NCBI GenBank assembly: GCA_905178155.1
Contig: CAJINV010000004.1
Location: 4,768,518 to 4,832,517, forward strand
Direction: 5' to 3'
Length of the DNA stretch: 64,000 nt
From: Amoebophrya sp. A120
Taxonomy: Eukaryota > Protista > Dinoflagellata
The translations under genes and the position numbers were made by a program. The notes under the pieces are model-generated. The model saw nothing but the letters and a program-made list of their open reading frames with translations, had not been told where the DNA came from and did not search any database. Of this stretch, positions 36,750 through 48,661 are shown one piece after another (position 1 is the first letter of the stretch; each line of letters opens with the position of its first letter).

Positions 36750-38240
36750 TCATTCCCAGCAGGGCCGTCCTGTTTCGGGTCCCTTTGGGTCCGGGACGCC
36801 AGGCCAGCCAGCCTGTTCCGCTCAGCAATCACGCGGAACATAGACGCCCACCGGCCGCCGTTCTCGTGCGAGCGGGGCGCCCTGCAGGACCGGCACAAGG
36901 GCGCCGCGTGCCCGCCGAGCTTTGGCGCGCTTCCTTCGATTGGCTACAGCCAAGCACCCGACTGAGCGACATCAGGCGCGGCCCCCGCGGCCGAAACTGG
37001 CGACGGAGTGAGATAGAGGGGACAGCGCGCCAGCTGTGTACTTCTGCGCGGCGTTGTTAGATTGGTGATCGGCGCCGCCGTCGTGGATATGAATGAGATG
37101 ACGCCCGGACAGGTTGCGCCAATGACGGCCGGGCATACATTCCGCCGTCGGCCAGGCACTGGGCCAACTAGGCAGCGCCCTCGATTGGGCAAGGCCTGCC
37201 AGCGCGCATAGCGCCGACGACCTGCCTACCCGCGCCGCCAGCCCCGGGGAAGTGTATGAGCCAAGGGTCGGCGTTTCAAAGTGGAAAACCGCCATCAGCA
37301 TCAAAAGCATCGGCGGCATTGTTTTGGTGAAGTTCTGCGCTTGCCCACCCAGCATGTGGAGCGGCTTCGCCGGCTGCCGGCATTGCGAGCAGGTGGGGCG
37401 CCGGTCGGGGTTCCTGCCGCCCCTCGTTCCGTGCCCCTTCACCCGGCGCGTGGCCGGGTGGGCGCGGTGTTTCTAGGGCCGCGGCTGTGGGGGACCTGCC
37501 TGCGCCTTTCCCTCTGGGTGGGCCGCGACGAGATGTGGACGCCAACCGCTACACGGGCGGAAGTTGCGTAGGCAAAGCAACCGAGTCGCCCGGCGGGGGC
37601 GCGGCCGTTTCATTCTTTGCCGGATTCGATTGGCCGCGTCTTACTTTGCCGGGGCAGAAAATTGCTTCTCCGAGGGCGCGCCCTTGGCGTCGAGAGAACG
37701 ATGGGGACGAATCGCGTGCGGTAACATATGCCACTACGCGCGAAGCCTGCCGGGGGACACCGCGGGCAGACGCTGCGCCCCGACGCCCCCGGCGCTCGCT
37801 GTTGTTATCTATGTCAAAGCCAGGGCCGGGGCGCGCGCCCAATCCGATCCCCGGCCGGCCGCAGCCCTTCGCTCGCACGGGGGGGGCGGGCGTGAGTCCG
37901 CCGGGCGGCAGCGAGCGCGCCCCCGTGCGTTCGTTGCAGGCACCCGCGGGGGCGCGCCGCCGCAATTCGCGCCGCAAGCTTCCCCCCCGCCCCTCCCAGG
38001 CCGGCGGGCTTCTAGGCGGGGGGGCGATTGGCACCCAGACACAGGGCGAGGGCGCGCGCCCATGTTGCGTGTTTGGGTTTTCGCCGTGTTTTGTTTTCTT
38101 TATTTTTGAAGGGGCCGAGCGCGAGCGGGGGCGGTGGGTGGCCCGTCGTGTAGTGCCCCGCCCTATGTCTCCTCTGGTAGGGTGGCCAGTGTTTTCCGGG
38201 CGCCCGCGAAGTGGGTTCTAATTCTAACCGGCCGGCCGCC
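36750..38240. other. Second extremely GC-rich intergenic island, possibly a decayed transposon
   Basis: Same composition as 21040-22560, with faint transposase-like motifs on the - strand. Boundaries approximate. Confidence 0.6.
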
Positions 38241-38782
38241 TTTCTATCTATCTTGCGTTGCTTCAATCGAAAACAGAACAAAATGAAAAATCAATGCAAG
38301 GGGAGCTCGCACGCCCAGAGGTCTGACTCGGCGGCGGCCACCAACGTCGTCGGTGGGTGCGTGGCGTCTGCGCTTCTCTTCGAACCTGTGTTGGTGGAGT
38401 CATTGTGTTTGGCATTTCTTGTTTCGTTGCAGTCTACAGCATGATCTGTTTCTGTTGTAGTGTAGCGCAAGTTCTTTATTTTGAGCGCGCTTTCCATCTG
38501 AAGATCCTCTTGCTTCTCGACATTTTGGTTGCCAGTGGACGAGGAAGATGCCTTTTATGGGTTCATCACTGTAAAAATGGTATTTCAGAACCACACGCAC
38601 GCCGCTCAAGAAACATAAATGTTGCAACAGATTTGACGCTAACCCTGACCAGTCGTAGACGCATTATTGAAGTTTTCTTGGATTTGTAAACCACCAGCCG
38701 AATAACGCAGGCACCGTGAGTGCTGGAGCTCTTCTTAAGACCACAAAGAACACGGAGGAAGCACAAAACCTGCTCCGTCAAC

Positions 38783-41700
38783 ATGCAGTCTGGCGTGAGT
38801 CCGTTGCACGGCCGCGCCGTGGACTTCATCCGCGGCATTATGTCGGGACAGATGGTTGGAGCCGAGAATTACGGCGTGGTCCGCGGGGACTACAATTACG
38901 ACTTCTCGGTTCGCCTGGAGGGCGGGGCCGCGTTTTCGAACACCGGCATCCTGGTCGCGTCCGCCAACGAGCGCAAGGCCGAGTCCGGGTCCGAACTCCC
39001 ACTCGGGATCAAGTGCACCTGGAAGCGGAGGTATCATCTTCCGGTATTTTTTCTACTTGTTTTGTTTCTTTTTACGTTTCAGTTTCTACTTTCTGTTTTT
39101 ACAGGCGAACTACATGGTTACGGTTCATCTTCATACGCTTGTTATTTTGCAGAAGTGGTGCCAGAAGACTGTTGTTTGCTTCTGGGAGACGCATCATGAC
39201 AGTTGTAGCTCCTCCCATGGATCAACAACATGCTGCATCTGTTTCGTGCTGCACATTCAAACTCACTCAAGAACCCTCCTTTCTCTACAACAAACCCCCA
39301 GGATCCTAGACGCCTCCTCCAGCTCTTCCTCTAGCTCCTCCCTCGCGGCCGAGGGCCTCCTGGTCGAGATCGCCGGCATCTCGACCAATATGTACCAGAT
39401 TTCGGCGGACGACATTGGGTGCAAAATCGTCGTGGAGGCCCGGCTCGCCGACCCGAACCACCTGCACTACCGGGGCGTGGCCATCGGGGAGATTGGCCCC
39501 TTTCAGCTGGACCCCAGCACGAGGCGCAGTCTGGACAACAGCATCGGCGCGGGAGGAAGCCGGTTTCCGGTGACGTTTTACAAGAAGGAGAACGAGCCGA
39601 AGCAGAACTACATGCTGCATGTGACCTCGGACGAAATCAAAGTGATTCAGCCAGGGATGACGGAGAGGTGCATAGTACTAGTAGTAACGGCTCTGGTGCC
39701 ATAAGGAGCGACGTCTTATTTCTGCTTAGCTTCCATTTCCAACTCCAAGAGCATGGCGCTGAACTTCTTGTGTTTGCCTTGCAGGCCTATATTTTTCAGG
39801 GTGCTCACTCCTTGGATTTGTATTGCACAGAACGCCCATACAACATCAGGTTTGACCGCGAAATCTCCATTACCTACTCCGGCGACTACCCGCGGGTGCT
39901 GATTCACCCCTTGGATACGCTGAAATTCAAGCTCCTGGTAGACTCCAGCACGGAGATGCATTTCGGCTCCCTGAGTCGCCAGTCCCGGGACTTGATCGCG
40001 CTCACCATTCGCTGCTTCCATTCCAGAAGGTATCAAGTCTCTCATGATTGCTGAAGTCAAATCCACCTTCTACGACTGGATCCTCGTCGACGGCATTGAT
40101 TTATTTCATCTCTTCGTCCTGCTCATCAAGGCGGGACACATCTTCCGAAAAGTTTCAGTGGTTCCCTGTAGTTTCTGCTCATCTTCCAAAAATTTCAGGC
40201 ACATCGCCACCGCGGCCCTTCTGGAACAGGTTTTTTCGAACCCAATCAACCACGGCGGCATGCTGAACACCGAGGACTACCAAGCCGCGCAGCTGGATCT
40301 CTGTCTCTACACCGACCGGCTGCGGGGCGAGTTAATCCGGCAGCTGGAAACCCGAATAGCCATCGAGAAGCAGTACCACAAAATTGCCAACGAGAAGACC
40401 TTTCTCGACGATCAGCTCCACGACACAATTACCAGTTTCACGGGCATGATACAGGATCTGCAGGATCAGGTAGAAGAAGAAGAAACCTGTCATGCACGAA
40501 CAGAGAAAAAAATGCAGGTTGATGAAGTAAGATTAGCCCTCTTCCCCTGAAAAAGTTCGCTATCGGTAGCGGTATGTCGGTTCTATGGTTTTTGGTCATG
40601 TAAGTACTTTTATTTCGTTTGGCCAAGTGCTACTTTCATTCACACCTACAGGTCACCACCAACGAGTCTGCTCAGGGTGGTCCCGGCGTTCCGACAGACC
40701 ACACCAGTGCCAGTCGACTGAACCCGGATCCGTTTTTCCATGCCGCGACCAGCGTCCCGCTGAAAAAGTACGAGAACCTGCAGCAAGAAAACACGCACCT
40801 CAAGATTGAGCTGGAGGAGCAAAGGAGACAAATTCTGCAGGAGAAGCACAAGGCCAAGCTCGCCGGGAACCCGTTTGGGGATATGGGTTTTGGAAGCAAC
40901 AGCTCTGGTGGCGCCGGAACTTCGAAGATCGAGCAGGAACTGCAAAGGCTGAAAGAAGAAAACCGGCGACTTCTCCGGAGCCAAGAGCCGTCCAACGCGG
41001 AAATGAGGCGGTTGCGCATAGACAACGACCAGATTCTGCAGGAGAGGGAAGAGTTAGTGCGCAGGCTGGAGCGGGCGGACCGGGAGAAGGCGGAGCTTAG
41101 TAGCAACTTTGTATACGTGAAGGGGGAATATGACAAGTTGCAAAACCGCATGTCATCTCCTTCTGGCGGTGGTAGTGGGATGAACAATTTCACCGTCGGC
41201 GGGTCTGCAAGTTCATCGACCTCACCGTTTGGGGACCCGTTTAGTATTTCCGCGGGTGTTTCACCCGGGCTCGGAGGCGGGGAGCAGTATTCATTGATAT
41301 ATTTTTTCATGTCGTCGTAATTTTTTCTTGTGGTAGTTGTGCTGAGAAGTAGATCAAGGTAGAAGTAGAATTTTCTGTGACAAACATGCTGTTCCAAAAT
41401 GTTCGTGTTTCGACTAGATTGGTCGCACTGAAGATTCTTTTCCACTTTTCAACGAACCACTCCCGCTCAGCTCATCTTCCGCCGGTGGCCGCAGCTACCG
41501 TGCACTGCAAGAGGAGCGCAACCGCCTGGCGCAGCGGGTCGAGCAACTTACCCAGGACGCGGAGAAGGCGAAGACCAGTCAGGATCAGGGCATGGAGCGG
41601 GTCATGACGAGCAACGCGAGACTCTTGGAGGAGAAGGATCGACTGCAGCGGGAGGTGGAGCGCGTGTCGCGACTGTACGCTGACGCGGTAAACCACGCCG

Positions 41701-41867
41701 CAGCCACGTCCGCGGGTATGGGCGGCTACGGGAGCAGTGACGAGTTGCAGCAGCAGGTGCGGACCTTGCAGGTCGACAGTCTGAAGAAAGACGAAAAAAT
41801 CCGGGTGCTGGAATCGGAAAACGCGAGCTTGAAAACCAGAATACGCAAGCTGGCGTCAGTCACATGA
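38783..41867 (+). CDS. Ig-like + PH-like domain protein with C-terminal coiled coil (SCAB Ig-PH / AIR9 A9-repeat-like)
   Basis: KCTWKR..EIAGISTNMYQISADDIGCKIVVE..GPFQLDP..YMLHVTSDEIKV..SRQSRDLIALTIRCF. Several GT-AG introns and heptad-rich 3' exons (ORFs 40619, 41592). Confidence 0.6.
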
Positions 41868-42610
41868 TGTTCTTGACCGGGCGGGTTTCATGAAGATGGT
41901 TTTCTTCTGATTTAATAGCTCCTGGCTTTTGATCATATTCTGCTACGCCCTGCTTCCATGAGAAGATAGCGCTCATGCTCATCTGCCACAAGAAGATAGA
42001 TGATGACGCCGTGGCACCACGATGTTGTCTACAGATGCGGCAAGCGTGTAGCTGATTCTACCCACTGCCACTCAAACAACGCCTGCGTCTGGAAAGAATT
42101 TACAGCGTCCGGCTGCACAGGAAGCCCTTATTCCGTCTCTGATGTGACAGTGACAAAACAAACATCTATGTCGTTTAAACGTATGGTGTGGGCGATGTCG
42201 TTTTTCTTGTCTAATATAGCGAGCTGCGATGGGAAGAACGAAGAAGTAAGAGAAAAAGAGCGAATGGTTGGAGAGAGTTCTAGTACTTGAGACGAGACTC
42301 GTAACATCGCTGACTAGCACTCGTAGACCTCACGCAGGAACAATATGGTTACAACGGGTGCGCATTCTGTTTATCTTCTTCTTGCGCTCGACCAGTTGTA
42401 TGAATCGAATGTGGGACCGCCACGCACGGTAATCGAATCAAACCGCGTTGCCGCTCGGGAGTCGTGGATGTAGATCTACACGAGCACACGACTCATCGCA
42501 TCAAGCAAGGTATGTTAGACGAGGTGTGTTGAGCAACAAGCCTGTATGATTTAAGTACTCATTTTTCTCATACAACATCAAGAAGAAGATAGCAACAGAG
42601 ACAGAAGACG

Positions 42611-45147
42611 ATGTCATTGTCACGACCCCATCACGGGCGTCCGAGCGGACGACGGCATGCAGCCTTGGGCAGTGGCGCGGCCACTGGGCTTCGTAGTTCT
42701 TGCTGCGGGACAAAATGTGGTAAAAACTCCCGGGGACCGCGCTTCCCCGTCCTTTTCCAGCTCGTCCGCGCAGTCGTGGCAAGGATCCATGACGCAGCCA
42801 GCAACAACCCAGGCAGCGTCGACGTGCTGAGATCCAGTTCATCAACTGCCAGCAGTGCCAGTGTCGAGTTTGAATTGGACCCGGACGCAGACACTTCCGA
42901 ATTTTTTCCCCATGTCGACGTTTTTTCGCCGGGGGCCGCGACAGCGCCACTAGAAGAAGCTACTTCAAGGAGCACAAGACGTCGTGGCACTACTGCTCCC
43001 CCGGAGGTGGACCTAGACCACCCTGTCTTCCTTGACGATCAGCCTACCACGAGCAGCGCCACGTCGAGAGCTGCGCAACCACAGCAGTTGAGATCGGAGC
43101 AACGAGGCGGGAGCAGCAGCAGCTCGTCTTCAAGGAAGACAGGACAGGGCACCGAGACGTCGGCCGACCTGCGAGACGAAAAAAGGGCTGGAAGCCGCCC
43201 GGTGCACCGTTCTGCACGTAGCCGGGAGACTAGTAGAAGAAGTTCCATGACGGGGTCAAGCGAAAATGAAGCTGGGTCTTCGTCGTCCTCTTCTTCGTCC
43301 CTCATAGAGCTGAACATTACCGGTCGAGAACACGACCATCCCAATCATCTTGTCCAACAAAGCAGACACCAGCAGCAACATCCCGGTTTTTACCACCACG
43401 AGGACCTGTCTACCACTTCTGACGAAGTAGCCCGAGTCGCGAACAAGCTCGTGCGGAAAGAGCACGGGGGCGGCAGCATGCTGGAGATTGATGGTCGTGC
43501 AACTTCTACTCTCGCAGCGATGAAATCCAAATCGTCATGGCAGTCCGGGAGTGCAGCTGCCGGCACCACGCCGAGCAGCAGCAGCAGCTCATCCTCTGCC
43601 CTTGGTGGAGGTACAGGTGGTCCCAGTCCCACCCAGCAGGCGTCTTTCTCGCAGGCGCAAGCCGAGTCTCAATCTTCAACGACCACGAAGACGGGAAACA
43701 CAACGGTCGAGGCCCCAGACATGATTCTCGCTGGAATGTCCTTTGTGGGGGTCGGCCTGGTCGCCGCGGTGTCCTACCAATTGGGATTTTCTAAAGGAAA
43801 ACTTGCGGTAAACTTTCTTCACTTGTTGTTCAACTATTACTTTAGATTAAGATTTGCTGATCATGGATTGTACCTCTACCTTTATTTCGTAGTCCCGCAT
43901 CATGATACGCATCATGTTTTTCATCGTGTGAACAATTTTTTTTTTAATGACAGAGTGGCGGCGGCGAGAAGGGTGCTGCCGACCTTCTCGCCCTTCTTCA
44001 AGCCGGCGGCGTCGGAAATCTTGCCAGTATGAGCACCAGCTCCTTCCAAGCGGAGGCGCCAGCTGTTATGCATACTACAAAAGTATGATCGTAGTGGTAG
44101 AAGTCGACGTACAACGAAAAACAACTCATTGCAGTGAAGCATTACAGATTTGGATTTGCATTTTTGCTAGATCAGCATGTTGACAAAACCCTGCACTCTC
44201 GTACAAGCATACTTTTCCAAGGCATAGCTCCACCGTCGCCCCCGAGACCACCGAAAGCGAAGGCCCCCGCCGCGAAAGCGAAGTCCGGCAGCGGCGGGTC
44301 GCTCACGATCGCCACTGGGAGCACGGCCTTTGGGAAGTCTTCCACAGACGTGGCTTCCGTCGCGAAAGCTGCCCCGAAGGCCAAAGCCACTGCAAGTTCG
44401 CCGTCTCCCCGTGGTTCTTCCGGAGGTTCACCCAAGAAAGGTGGCCCCGACCGGTCCTCTGGGCAGACGCTGGTTATCGACGGTCTCGGGGTGAAGAACA
44501 TCAACTTAAAGGCCAAGGCGGGCAAGCGGATCATCAAAAAAGACGGGGATCCGCCCAGCCCGAAGAAGCATCTGACGTGGCGAGACGAAACGAGTCCGAA
44601 AAACCGGGAGTCGGTGATATGAACTGCAAAAGCATCGTACTCGTATAAATGCATTACAAATTTTCTCAGCATGAAAAATAAAATTTGTAATGCGGATTTA
44701 CCTTAAGACAAAGATTTGTAATGCTAGACTTGCATTTATACGAGTACGATACTTTTGCACGGGATAGGTGAACTTTATCAGCGACCGAGGGGAGGACCAG
44801 GTATCATCTGTAAAAGTGTCTGGGTCTGGAAGAATGCATGTTTGTCATGCTTGTTTGGCATAACTCTGAAATCTGTCATGCACGTTACCCAAGAGCTCCA
44901 CTTTTCTGTGATGCAGAAACGCAGTTTGTCATGCAGAATAGGCAACACCTAGAAGCTCAGAAACTTGTCATGCTGAGCCAGCATTTGTGGCTTCATCATG
45001 AGACGCCACCCAGCATCACAAGTTTCCAGACCCAGACATTTTTACAATCCATACCAGGCGGCGTTGATGCAGTTTGCAGCCCAGATGGCGGCCGTGGAAG
45101 CAGCGAAGGAAGATCGGGGGGTCGACGACGACGACGGGGAGTACTAG
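42611..45147 (+). CDS. Low-complexity single-pass membrane protein, unknown function
   Basis: TM-like MILAGMSFVGVGLVAAVSYQLGF. GT-AG intron 43808-43953 and three TIR inserts give a continuous frame ending ..GVDDDDGEY*. Start codon uncertain. Confidence 0.6.
44067..44226. mobile_element. Degenerate introner-like element, family C-like (160 bp), TSD GCTGT/GCTCC
   Basis: TATGCATACTACAAAAGTATG / CATACTTTTCCAAGGCATA. Removing 165 bp keeps frame (QAEAPA|PPSPP). Confidence 0.6.
44618..44766. mobile_element. Introner-like element, family C (149 bp), TSD GGTGA
   Basis: TIR TGCAAAAGCATCGTACTCGTATAAATGCA / TGCATTTATACGAGTACGATACTTTTGCA. Orientation opposite to 20322 and 50994. Confidence 0.93.
44802..45053. 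mobile_element. Introner-like element, family G (252 bp), TSD CCAGG
   Basis: TIR TGTAAAAGTGTCTGGGTCTGGAA / TTCCAGACCCAGACATTTTTACA. Five TGT(C/G)ATGC motifs inside. Confidence 0.92.
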
Positions 45148-46182
45148 TAGGGCGGACGAGAAAAGCAAGGAAGTTGTAGCATGTCAGTAGAGCAGCTGGT
45201 GGAGGTCGTGTGCCAACAACAACGGCGACATCCAACAACAGGAGCTACAGCTATGAAATGGTTTGAAGTACGGAGCTGAAAATCAGAATGAGCCAGCAAC
45301 AACGTCGGACCAAGACGAACGACGCACACGACGCACTGTTGAAAATTTTCCAAGAAACAAAAAGCTATCACTTGTACAATATCACAGGGCAGAACCCAGC
45401 AGCACAGTTTCAACAGTGACAAAAAAAACAGACACGAGGGGACTGCAAACATGTACATGCATCGGAGTCGGTGCTGCTCTACTAGCTTTGCCATTTTCAA
45501 GTTAAGCGGAGTTCTGGCAACCTCAACTAGGTGAAGGCGCGCGCGCGTTGTCGCGTTACCGCGATGTCATCAATTTCTGGAGGTTCAGGCTCGCTCCTCC
45601 TCCTTCGCTCTTTCTTCTAAGTATTTTGTGCGAACACGTGGTCGTCGTGGTTTCTAGCACTATGCATGCCACAATGAGTGCAAGATCAAGCAGTGAGTCC
45701 GAGTCAAAGGTCAGTGTATTGAGTGCACCAGCAGAGGAGGTTACGTAGGCACTTTAGAGAGGGCTGTGGTTTGTTGCGGCACAAATGATGAATGAGAGAC
45801 GCAAAGGGCAGCAAACGAAGGCGGCAAAGAGGTCTCACAAAACACGTACGGGGAACAAACTTTTTTCAGCATAATTGTTTTGGGCGCTTCCACTGGCTTT
45901 TGCGCTTGCGGCCACCGCTGCACCTACGCCTACCACGGGAGGTGGACGAAATAATAGCTACTAGCAAGTCTATAGATCATATACACTTTTTTTCAGAGAG
46001 AGTATCTATTTTGTTCGTTTTTCGCCCTGTGAGCAATTGCAATCCACCCGCCTGCCTCGCTGCGACAAGGGAGGTGCTGGACGAGATTCTGATTCGCTTC
46101 GACACAACATCGACTACATTCATTTTTTTGTTTCATACTTTTTTCAAAAGCAGTATATTCTAGTTGTTAAACAGAGAAAGAC

Positions 46183-48661
46183 ATGCCAAACGCACTTCAA
46201 AGTCTCCGCAGCACCTTATCGGAACTCACCGCGCAGGCTCGGAGACGCTCCTCCTTGCTGAAATCGAAACAGAAACAGGACAAGGACAAACAAATAAACT
46301 CTACCACTACCTCACGACGCCCCAGTGCTGAATCCTTGGCTCAGGCCTCGTCGAATAAGGACCTGGATAAAAAGTCTGAGGTTGTTCCTTCCACCTTCCT
46401 CCAGGACTTCTACGAAACGGGCGACGCAGTTTTGGGCTCTGTGGACGAAGCAGCGTTGCAACAGAACATCATGGAGACCATCACCTGCGGCAGCTGTTTC
46501 ACGAAAAACCGGGTACCGGCCGGTACCGTGCACTTCAAATGCTTCCGCTGCGGGGCATTGGCGAAAGTGGAGCGCAATCCGAAAATTGTGGCGGACCGCA
46601 ACCAGGAAGCGGAGATGCGGAACCGGGAAGACGAGGAACTGATGCAGGCGATAATCGAGAGTGAAGTCTCACACGTATTTACCACACAATAATAATTCTA
46701 CATGCAAAAATCATAAAAATTTGCATTCGAATGATTTTTTTACCGCCTTGCTGCATAAACACATTCTTCACAGCCGTACCCTTGATCTCGAAAAATCCCA
46801 TTCGTCCCCGAAAGAAATGGAAGATGAAATAAAACGAGCAATCTATCACAACAGGGCCGCATGTTAGCCGGGAAAAACTCCGTCTCTCCGGACCAAGTCG
46901 AACAGGACAGGATAAGAAGCACCAGCACAAGCTCTTCTGGCCTTTTAGACTCAACGCCCCCCGCCAGGCCGCAGCCCGTGTCTGCGTCTGCTCTGTCGCA
47001 GAAGTTGTTCCAGCCTGAGGAACGGGGTAAAACTACGGCGGCGACTACGGGTCCTCGTGGGCTCTTTGACGACAAGAACATCTCTACCTCCCTGTTGACC
47101 CGCGACAAACAGGAGCAGCAGGAGCAGAGATCCACAGCCGGCGGTAGTAGTGGTGCCTACAACGCCCAGAATTATTCCCCCTCCCGACCTACCGCTGCAT
47201 CGCAATCTCAGGCAAGGGAGGCCCGGGGCCTCTTTCCATCGGCCACCACCAGTGCAACTGCAGCGTCGGCAGCTGGAACGACAAGGGGGACGCCAGACAG
47301 GCAGGATATGCATTGCAAAAGTATCGTACTAGTATAAATTGCATCACAAAAAATTTTGGCAAGAAGAAAAGAGGAATTTGTAATGCTGTCTCACCTTAGG
47401 AAGGAGATTTGTCGTGCATATTTGCAATTAGTACGACTACGATACTTTTGCACAGGATACCGGATACGACACACCAAAGTAGTTCTGCAACGAGAACGAA
47501 CGCGAACACAAAGCACATTATCCTGTACAAAAGTATCGCGCGACCCGTTCTCATCGTAATTACCGCATGACAAATGCCATTCCTGAGCAAAAGCTGCACG
47601 ACACGCTCCGTTACCGTTTTCCGTGTTGCAGCAAAAATGAAAGTCTGTCAACATGTAGCACCTAGTTGCAGATAGTAACAGGGCGAAATGTTGCGTAGCC
47701 CGTGGGAGTATAAGAATTAAGAACATAAGCCTAGCCGCACTGGCGGCAAGCCTCACGTGCACCATCAGAAGTGCAGTATTGGCCGTTCTTTGCGGTGTCT
47801 CACCATCAGAAGTGCGAGCTGCGAGGAGCGGGGCGCACCGCCTAAAGTTCTAAAAAGTTCCCAACCGCCCGATAGATAGATAGATAGATAGATAGATTCA
47901 CGATACTTTTGCAATGCATACGGATGAGCCCGTTACTTCGACCGGAGAATTTGGCCGACGACCGTGTGTACATCGAGGCTCTGGAACAGAAAATTAAAAC
48001 ATTGGAAGTGAACTCGAAATTTTTGGAAAAAGAACTCGCGCAGCAGGACAAGAATACCGAGGACGTATTTTTTTTTTTCGGAGCATGTGACTTCGATGTT
48101 GTTGTGCAGCATAATTTTTTATGAAAATGCATGCTACGACATCCAGTGACATTGTGAGTCGTGCTATGAGCTTGTGTGTGAAAAAGAGCGCGCTTATTCC
48201 ATGTCAAACTTCACCACAGGCCGTCGCCGAACGCGACGTGGCTACGAAAGAGCTGAGCGCGGCCGTTGCGGAGATTGAGAAGCTGCTGAAGCAGAACCAC
48301 GAGAAAGACATTGTGATCAAAAAACTGACGAAGCAATTGCAGCAAAACGAAACCGTTTCCGACGCGGAGATCTTGGTCACGCAATTGCAGGATCGAGTGG
48401 AGGAACTGGAGGCGCAGTATCCAGGAAAATAAAACACCCCTCCCCATCCAATTTGTCATGCAAAACATGCATATTATGCATGTTTTGCATGACAAATTGC
48501 ATGTTTTGCATGACAAATCCATTTTTTGCATGACAAACACTGCAGTTTATGCCATAAACTGCAGTGTTTGTCATGCAAAAAATGGATGGGGGTGGCGTAA
48601 GTGTTTTTTCCTGGATACGCAGCTGCAGAGCTTGGGCATCGACCCCGTGGACAAGGACTGA
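46183..48661 (+). CDS. Protein with C4 zinc finger (LSD1-like), UIM-like motif and coiled coil
   Basis: ITCGSCFTKNRVPAGTVHFKCFRCG and EDEELMQAIIE. GT-AG introns at 46661-46867 and ~48066-48219. Removal of three TIR inserts restores frame. Confidence 0.65.
47307..47459. mobile_element. Introner-like element, family C (153 bp), TSD CAGGA/CCGGA
   Basis: TIR TATGCATTGCAAAAGTATCGTA / TACGATACTTTTGCACAGGATA. Confidence 0.9.
47519..47920. mobile_element. Expanded introner-like element with family C ends (402 bp), TSD CACAT/CGGAT
   Basis: TATCCTGTACAAAAGTATCG / CGATACTTTTGCAATGCATA. Removing 407 bp restores frame into MSPLLRPENL. Confidence 0.78.
47871..47897. repeat. (GATA)n microsatellite inside the 402-bp element
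   Basis: GATA x6 + GAT. Confidence 0.9.
48418..48617. mobile_element. Introner-like element, family A with internal fold-back duplications (200 bp), TSD CGCAG
   Basis: TATCCAGGAAAA / TTTTCCTGGATA. Removing 205 bp joins ELEAQ|LQSLG. Two internal perfect palindromes. Confidence 0.92.
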
